In this document: piece after piece, positions 23,501-29,275 of the stretch
Layout: every line of letters begins with the position of its first letter
Numbering within the stretch: position 1 is the stretch's first letter
Assembly (NCBI GenBank): GCA_038136695.1
Contig: JAYQAK010000002.1
Span: forward strand, 8,561-46,838
Direction of reading: 5' to 3'
Source of the DNA: Poseidonia sp.
GTDB lineage: Archaea; Thermoplasmatota; Poseidoniia; Poseidoniales; Poseidoniaceae
Length of the DNA stretch: 38,278 bases
Notes under the pieces: model-generated
The model's input: only the letters and a program-made list of their open reading frames with translations
The model's database searches: none
Told to the model about the DNA's origin: nothing
Translations under genes and position numbers: made by a program

Positions 23501-26344
23501 GTGAAACAAGCTGAGATCATGGCAGAAATTCGAGACCGCTTCGCTCTGCCTGTGGACGAGGACTTCGTTCTCGCCGACCATCCCACCCTGAACCACTTCA
23601 CAGCCTACATCGTCAAGATGACCGGGGATTCGCCCCCGCCAGCCGAGGCATCGTCATCGGTGGGCAAAGCGACGGTCGCTTCGGTTGCTTCGGATTTGGC
23701 CCCCTCCTCGATTCAAGCCGGTACGCGCCGGTGGCAAGTTGAGATTGAGGCATGTCCTGGCGTACCCGCTCCCCTTGAGGTCAAGGGCACCGTCGTGGTG
23801 TCCGATGACGGTTGGGGCATCGCTGAAGCCTTCTGTCAACGCATGGAAGCACGCGGCTTGAAGGCGGTTCGAATCGGCTTTGAAACCCGAATTCGGGACG
23901 CCTCATCCATGGACGAAAACGGTCGAACCGTCTACCGGGCCGACCCTGAACAACCCGAGCATCTTCAGTGGATTGCTCAACAACTCGGTTCCTCAACCAT
24001 CGCTGGCCTGGTTCACATGGCACCGATGAAACTTGCCTCAGAGCAATGGGAAGAAGACACCCATCCTTCTTCGCAAATCGCCCTTGCAGCCCACGGCTGG
24101 TTCGGTCTGCTCAAGGAGTTGAGCCCGTTGATGTCCGCCGAGGCTCCTGGATTCATCGCTTCCGTGACCGCTCTGGACGGTCGTCACGGCAACATCGGTG
24201 ACCGTTTCAACGCCGTGCAGTGCGCCGCCAGCGGCGTGACCAAATCCTTCGCCTTTGAACGAACAGACCTTCGCTGTCGGGCCCTGGATCTGCATCCAGA
24301 GCACGTGTTTGACGAGGCCTCTGCGGCCGCCATGGTCGAAGAGGATGTCTTTGGCTTGGGCGGCGAAGTCGAAATCGGACTTGACCGAGACGGACGACGA
24401 TGGGCCCTGGTCGCTTTTGCCGAGGATGTGGTCGACGAGGTCCAGCCGTTGACGGCGGAGGACACGTGGCTGGTCTCCGGCGGTGGCTCAGGCGTGACCG
24501 CTGCCTCCGTCATTGGCGTGGCCAAGGCTTCGCCAAAGGCAGGCGCTCACTTTGTCTTGCTTGGGCGCTCTACGCTCATCGAGTCAACCTCTGCGTGGAT
24601 TGATTGGGATGAGGCTCAACTTGAGCAAGAAAAGAACGAACTCCGCCAGCGGCTCGTCGATGCGAGCGAGCGTGGAAAAGTCACCATGGTGGAGTGGAAC
24701 AACGCCTGGCAGCGATTCACGCGAAGCAGGGACGTGTACCTCACCCTCAGCGCCATTGAAGCCACCGGCAACCACGCCTCCTACCATTCGGTTGATGTCA
24801 TGGACCACGAGGGTTTGTCGGCGTTGGGAGCGTCCCTCGGACGACCGATCACGGGCATCGTCCATGGAGCGGGCCTGGAGGATTCCAAACTGGTGGGCGA
24901 CAAAGGCTACGACGTGTTCGACCGTGTCGTCCGTGTCAAGGTCGATGGCTGGCGAGCCTTGCTGGGAGCCGTTCGAGCGTCAGGAAGAGAGAACCCAACC
25001 TTTGCTTGCTGTTTCACCAGCGTTGCGGGTCGCTTTGGGAACGGTGGACAAACCGACTACGCTGCGGCCAACTCCGTGCTGGATGCCGAAATGGCTCGGA
25101 TCACCGCCACCGCAGAAGGACGGGGTGTTGCCATCGGTTGGACGGGCTGGCGCGACGTCGGCATGGCCACTCGCGGCTCCATTGAAGCGGTGTTCGCTGC
25201 GGCCGGCATCGAAACCCTCGCCGTTGAAGACGGTGTGGCCATTTTCGTCGCTGAAGCGCTTCAGGGAGGCAAGCGACGGGTGCTGGGGTGCGGGTCTCTT
25301 GGACTGATGGACCGTTTCTCCTCGTTCCGTGAGGCGCCACTGAAACTTCCAGCAGAGATGTCGGCCATGATGGCTGACCCTGCACGGTTCCCTTTCATGG
25401 ACAAGGTGGTGTCACTGGAGGAGAGGCGTCACATGGTTTCGCAAAGCACGCTGTCAACCGAAGACCATCCGTTCCTGGTTGACCATGCCATCGAGGGCGT
25501 GCCCTATCATCCCGGTGTGATGGCGCTCGAGATGTTTGCACAAAACGCCTTGTTGCTTCGACCCTCAACTTGCCTGGCAGGTTTCGAAGAAGTCACCTTT
25601 GGGTTACCCGTGAAGCTCATGAAGGGGCCGATGACGGTTCGGGTTGACGCTCAAGTTGAGCGGTCCGAGGGCGACATGACGTGGGTTCGATGCCGCTTGG
25701 TATCGGACCTTACCAATTCGAAAGGGGAGGTCTTTGGGGAACGTGACCACCACACGGCGTTGGTTCGATTGGTCGAGAAATGCGACGACATGTGCCCGTT
25801 CTTGCAACGCGAGGTAGATGAATTGCCGGCGATTGGAACCCCGCCATCCGGTGCCTTGTTGCACCCAGCATCGTTCATTTACGACCGGTATTTCCACGGT
25901 CCTCGTTTCCAATCCCACGGTGGTGTCCTGAGGGGTGTAGGCGAAGGGGATGTCATGGGCATTGACGGGGTTGCCTTGATGCGACACCAACTCCCCGAAA
26001 CCGACCAATTTGCCGTGGAGCGGGAGGGGGAACAGGTGCTCCTTGAAGCCCTCCCGATGCTCATTGAGGCGGGCTTCCAAAACGCTGGTCTGGTGGCGAT
26101 GGAAACCTTGGGCTTGAGCAGCCTGCCCGTCGGAATCACCTGGTCGACCATGCTGCGTGTCCCCGAAGCCAACGAAGCCCTTCGATTGCGCAGCGTCCAA
26201 ACCGGACAGCATGACGACGGCGTTACCGTTCACGATGTGCTTGTGGTTGGTGAGGACGATGCCCCGGTGATGGCGTTGAAAGGTCTGCAGTTGAAGGCCA
26301 TGGCAACGGTTGAAGACGGTCAGCGGTTCTCGCTGGACCGATGA
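17531..26344 (+). CDS. Type I multidomain fatty-acid/polyketide synthase (PfaA-like 'secondary lipid' synthase); domain order KS-AT-(degenerate carrier-like)-KS-ACP-ACP-ACP-KR-DH
   Basis: A single 2,937-aa ORF. The ATG at 17531 lies 9 nt after the fabI stop, with GAGGTGA 7 nt upstream. Its stop overlaps the next gene's start (ATGA at 26341-26344). See the per-domain entries for motifs. No ER, TE, CLF or FabA-type DH domain recognised. Confidence 0.92.
   Translation: [2937 protein letters not shown]
17585..18966 (+). other. KS1: ketosynthase domain with an intact Cys-His-His triad
   Basis: DAACASS (Cys227, nt 18209-18211), [11 protein letters not shown] (His361), [12 protein letters not shown] (His400), C-terminal [12 protein letters not shown]. 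It also has the PUFA/HglE-style insert ending [14 protein letters not shown]. Confidence 0.9.
19426..20330 (+). other. AT: acyltransferase domain, predicted malonyl-specific
   Basis: [21 protein letters not shown] (Ser734, nt 19730-19732) and the HAFH motif (residues 836-839, nt 20036-20047). HAFH is the signature generally associated with malonyl-CoA rather than methylmalonyl-CoA (YASH) selection. Confidence 0.85.
20630..20866 (+). other. Degenerate carrier-protein-like segment between AT and KS2
   Basis: [33 protein letters not shown] parallels the ACP repeats ([30 protein letters not shown]), but reads LGLTP where LGIDT/LGxDS is expected. It therefore has neither the Asp nor a hydroxyl residue at the attachment position. 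Confidence 0.3.
20981..22375 (+). other. KS2: second ketosynthase domain, also with an intact Cys-His-His triad
   Basis: [13 protein letters not shown] (Cys1359, nt 21605-21607), FFSHETYTP (His1507), [13 protein letters not shown] (His1547). The Cys-to-His-to-His spacing of 148/40 aa compares with 134/39 in KS1. Because the active-site Cys is retained, it is not a CLF-type (Cys to Gln) domain. Confidence 0.8.
22691..23620 (+). repeat. Three tandem carrier-protein (ACP-like) domains separated by Ala/Pro-rich linkers (period 351-357 nt)
   Basis: Repeat unit: HTGYP(A/P)DF(V/I)E(L/M)[20 protein letters not shown](D/E)IR(E/D)RF.[11 protein letters not shown](Y/H)PTLNH. The motif residues are Thr1754 (nt 22790-22792), Thr1873 (23147-23149) and Thr1990 (23498-23500). 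The copies differ at many synonymous sites, for example caa/cag, gac/gat, ctg/ttg, ggc/ggt. Confidence 0.85.
23724..25305 (+). other. KR: ketoreductase (structural pseudo-Rossmann subdomain plus catalytic subdomain)
   Basis: Catalytic subdomain: [15 protein letters not shown] (NADPH Gly-rich loop, from nt 24464), [27 protein letters not shown] (Tyr2510, nt 25058-25060). It is preceded by [13 protein letters not shown], a pseudo-Rossmann segment. Confidence 0.8.
25381..26341 (+). other. DH: PKS-type (double hotdog) dehydratase
   Basis: The HxxxGxxxxP motif is exact: [10 protein letters not shown] in [16 protein letters not shown] (His2652, nt 25484-25486). The remaining roughly 290 aa run to the C-terminus. 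It is not a FabA-like dehydratase/isomerase. Confidence 0.7.
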
Positions 26345-27120
26345 CCAACGGTGAGAACATGGACGGCATCGTCCAACACACGCCTCCGTTGAAGCACGAC
26401 GGACTGCTGGTTCTGTCGGCGCCCCTGCACCACCACCTGCCCGGTGACGTGCCTCTTGCTGATGCCAACGAGGTGGCGACCTTCGTTACACAGAAGCGCT
26501 TGCATGAACACTTGAGTGGACGCTGGTTGCTGGGTCAAGCCTTGCATCGCTGGGGCATTGACGACCTGTCGTGTCTCGAGGTCCATCGCACCGAGCATCG
26601 AGCACCGTACCTCGACTACATTCAGGGGGTTTGGAAACGAACACCGCTGCCCCATGTCTCGATCGCCCACAGCCACAGCCGCGTGTTCGTGGCGCTTTGC
26701 CCCCCAAGCCACCGCGTGGGCATCGACGCCGAACCGCTGACGCGAACACTCGCATCAAACGCCTACGACATGATGGCCAAAGGGCGGGAACTCGCTGCTT
26801 TGCATGAACACCCGGCATCGGCCATGGTGTCCTGGACGGCCAAGGAAGCGGTGCAAAAATCGCTCGGTCTCGGGATGCACCTCAATCCACGAGAGATTGA
26901 AATTCCAATTGGTTTAGAGGAGTGCGAAATTTCAATTGGAAATTCAAAAATTCAATTGGTATATTGGAGAGAAAATGACTACCATTTATCCCTCGCGATG
27001 ACCCCCGCAACACCGCCGGAAGCGACGCCGGAGGACGACTTGCTCGAGGCCACTCGTCGGGCGATGGCTGCTCAACCGGATTGGGGCGTGGGATGCAAAA
27101 CCCAGCGAAACAACGCCTGA
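26341..27120 (+). CDS. 4'-phosphopantetheinyl transferase, Sfp/PfaE type
   Basis: The ATG overlaps the synthase stop (ATGA). Motifs: VGIDAEPL (Asp129) and WTAKEAVQKSLGLG (Glu169). At 259 aa it has the length of a two-lobe Sfp-type enzyme. It contains an anomalous AT-rich patch at about 26895-26970. Confidence 0.8.
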   Translation: MTNGENMDGIVQHTPPLKHDGLLVLSAPLHHHLPGDVPLADANEVATFVTQKRLHEHLSGRWLLGQALHRWGIDDLSCLEVHRTEHRAPYLDYIQGVWKRTPLPHVSIAHSHSRVFVALCPPSHRVGIDAEPLTRTLASNAYDMMAKGRELAALHEHPASAMVSWTAKEAVQKSLGLGMHLNPREIEIPIGLEECEISIGNSKIQLVYWRENDYHLSLAMTPATPPEATPEDDLLEATRRAMAAQPDWGVGCKTQRNNA

Positions 27121-27588
27121 TCACGTCCACAACCGGCTGCTCTCCCAAGGCAGGTCGAGGGCGATGCCGATTTCGGTGAGGATGACGAAATTGAACACGA
27201 GGTAGGCCAGCGTGGTCAAGGTGAGCACCACGAGCGAGGTGTTGACGATGCGACGCCGATGGCGTTTGGCTTCGTCCAAGGTGCAGATGCCTTGGTTTCT
27301 GAAGTAAAGGACGAGCCCTCCAATCACCATCCCCGCACTCGCTGTCATCAGGGCAGGACGAAACCATCCCATACCGTTGGTCCCCCAATACAAATCGTTG
27401 GACAGCGCAGCAGCGGTGGAGACGCTGGCGAGGCCGAAGAGGACCAACACCACCGAGGGAAAACAGCACATGGATGCGAGGAACGCCGAGCCACCGATGT
27501 ACCTCCACAACGCTTTGACGTCGTGGGAAAGAGTTTCCTCGGCCATGGTCTCCATTGGTTGGTTGAGGTCTTGAAGATGTGTTCTCAT
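27121..27588 (-). CDS. Small polytopic membrane protein with a MerT-like CC(F)P motif in its first helix
   Basis: The preferred ATG at 27588 overlaps the upstream gene's stop (ATGA, 27585-27588), giving 155 aa. The listed 27669 start would overlap the upstream CDS by 85 nt. GGSAFLASMCCFPSVVLVLFGL resembles the CCxxP first helix of MerT-type metal transporters. About 4 TM helices. The family assignment is tentative. Confidence 0.45.
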   Translation of the reverse strand: MRTHLQDLNQPMETMAEETLSHDVKALWRYIGGSAFLASMCCFPSVVLVLFGLASVSTAAALSNDLYWGTNGMGWFRPALMTASAGMVIGGLVLYFRNQGICTLDEAKRHRRRIVNTSLVVLTLTTLAYLVFNFVILTEIGIALDLPWESSRLWT

Positions 27589-29222
27589 TCGCACCCCTTG
27601 AACGAGGGGTTGGTGTTGATGGCATCGTGATGGAGGATCAACGGCAAAACAGGCTCGCCATCCGACCATGTTCCCATGTTGGTGAGCATCGTTTCATCGG
27701 TCAAGTACTGGAACGCCCAATCCGCAGTGAAGGTATCGTTTCTCGCATGAGCGACCAAGTAGTCGGCTTGGGCGTCAATGCGGCGGTAAAAGCCCCAGTC
27801 TGACAGGGTGTCGTGCGCAGGGTCCGTCTGGAGGTAATGGCTTGCAACCAGACGGGGAAAGCCGTATTTGTCCGACTGAACCTCGATCAATTGGTTGCGT
27901 TCAGTGGGCAGCGAGGCGAACAGTTGCTGATGGAAGGCACCCGGACACATACCCACGCTCATGTCGTCTTGGGTGACGCCGATTTGCACCAATATCTCGC
28001 TTGGCAACCCGGTTAAGTTTGGTTGCAGGTCGATTTGCACGGGTCGGCTGGCAGGCGACTCCAACGCCACCACCATCGCGTGCTGCCCCCACCCACGGCG
28101 CAAGGATTCATCCAAAGTGAGGAAGGTGTAGGCAGCACCCAAACTGTGACCGCCCAACCAGAGGGTGCTGGGGTCGACGACGACATCGCCGAGGTGTGCC
28201 TCAACTTCCGAGGCTCGTTGCGTACCGAGCAACATCCCGTCAAGATGCGCCATCCCTGCTCGAAGCGAGAGGTTTCGGTAGGTGTGCTGGAGGAAATTGG
28301 AGGTGCCCTGTTCGTCCCGTTCATCAAGGTCTTCGTGTCCGGGCGGACGGAGGTCCGAGGGGTACTGAATGAAGGCGACCACCATCCCTTTTGCAGCGAG
28401 GTGGGTGGTCCATGCTTGGTAGGCGTTGACGTCTGGATACCCAAAGCCGTGAAGAAGAATCGCCAGTGGAAGATGGGTGACGGGCGAGTCATCAGGAAGC
28501 ACCGGCAGGGTCACGTAGACGCTGAAATCGATGTCGTCCTCAAGCCCTCCTTGCACCGCCATCACGGCCTCCGGTAGGGTGTAGGGGGAACTGAATTGAA
28601 CCGTGTCATAGGGCCCCGGGGTTGAACCGTAGCCGAGGGAAGGTCGGTCGGGTGGTGAGGGTGCAAAGCCAACCACGGCCGGAACGCCAGGCATGACCAG
28701 CCATGCTGCGAAAAACACACCCAAAAGGTGGGCCACACGTGGCCAAGCCACCGCTTCGGTGTCCAGCGTGCGCCAAGTGGGTGCTCCGGCTCTTGCGAGG
28801 AGCAAGCAGGCCAACGTCCATCCAAGCAGCGTTGGCAGGAGCAGGAAGGCGCCTCGAAGATAGAACACGTCCATGATGAAGTGAAGCGCAATCAGCCCCA
28901 GCATGAAACCGATCGCCACGTTCAGAGCGATGTGCACGCGCTGCTCAACGACGGGTCGGTGGTTGGTGGAGGCCCGAATGCCATAGCATGCCGCAGCCAC
29001 CACCAGCATCAGGCTGAGGGGCACCGTCGGGTTGGAGCGAAGCATCATGGTCCATTCGAGCGAGCGGACGGCATGGGGCCAAACGGCATCAACAAGGTCT
29101 TTGCCTGAAAGCAAGAGAACGATGGCCTCGCCGTAGGCCAACAGGAAGCCAACACCGAGGGCAAGAAGACCACCTTTGATGGAGGATGGACGTTCTTCTT
29201 CGAGGGCCTCGTGGTCCTGCAT
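27585..29222 (-). CDS. Membrane-anchored alpha/beta-fold hydrolase (lipase/esterase-like)
   Basis: The listed start at 29231 is GTG; an ATG lies at 29222 (MQDHEAL). The N-terminal roughly 190 aa hold about 5 hydrophobic helices. The C-terminal domain has LAILLHGFGYP (oxyanion-loop region) and the nucleophile elbow LWLGGHSLGAAY (GxSxG). Confidence 0.65.
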   Translation of the reverse strand: MQDHEALEEERPSSIKGGLLALGVGFLLAYGEAIVLLLSGKDLVDAVWPHAVRSLEWTMMLRSNPTVPLSLMLVVAAACYGIRASTNHRPVVEQRVHIALNVAIGFMLGLIALHFIMDVFYLRGAFLLLPTLLGWTLACLLLARAGAPTWRTLDTEAVAWPRVAHLLGVFFAAWLVMPGVPAVVGFAPSPPDRPSLGYGSTPGPYDTVQFSSPYTLPEAVMAVQGGLEDDIDFSVYVTLPVLPDDSPVTHLPLAILLHGFGYPDVNAYQAWTTHLAAKGMVVAFIQYPSDLRPPGHEDLDERDEQGTSNFLQHTYRNLSLRAGMAHLDGMLLGTQRASEVEAHLGDVVVDPSTLWLGGHSLGAAYTFLTLDESLRRGWGQHAMVVALESPASRPVQIDLQPNLTGLPSEILVQIGVTQDDMSVGMCPGAFHQQLFASLPTERNQLIEVQSDKYGFPRLVASHYLQTDPAHDTLSDWGFYRRIDAQADYLVAHARNDTFTADWAFQYLTDETMLTNMGTWSDGEPVLPLILHHDAINTNPSFKGCE

Positions 29223-29275
29223 CACATCCACAACCCGAAGTTGGTCGTTTCATTGATGAAGATTCGTTCCGTCCC

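Noticed and set aside
21920-23596. A 558-aa minus-strand ORF, plus several 60-300-aa ORFs on both strands, inside the synthase gene (for example 20966-21883, 17429-18265 and 25604-26233).
   Set aside because: All lie within a plus-strand ORF that has unambiguous KS, AT, ACP, KR and DH motifs. They are typical long antisense or off-frame ORFs of high-GC coding DNA.
17531-26344. Reading the megasynthase as PfaA of a canonical pfaABCD(E) polyunsaturated-fatty-acid synthase.
   Set aside because: The window has no PfaB-like AT, no PfaC (KS-CLF-FabA-type DH x2) and no PfaD (FMN/FabK-type ER). The ER here is FabI-type, an extra KS is fused in, and no cis-isomerising DH is present. PUFA production is therefore not supported. 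The similarity lies in the domain style only: tandem ACPs, AP-rich linkers and the KR type.
27589-27669. A longer start (27669) for the CC-motif membrane protein, and GTG/TTG starts listed for several ORFs (3163, 5587, 16721, 29231, 30742).
   Set aside because: In each case a nearby in-frame ATG gives a better N-terminus (ATGA coupling, SD spacing, or a clean signal or lipobox peptide). The non-ATG starts are not excluded, only less likely.
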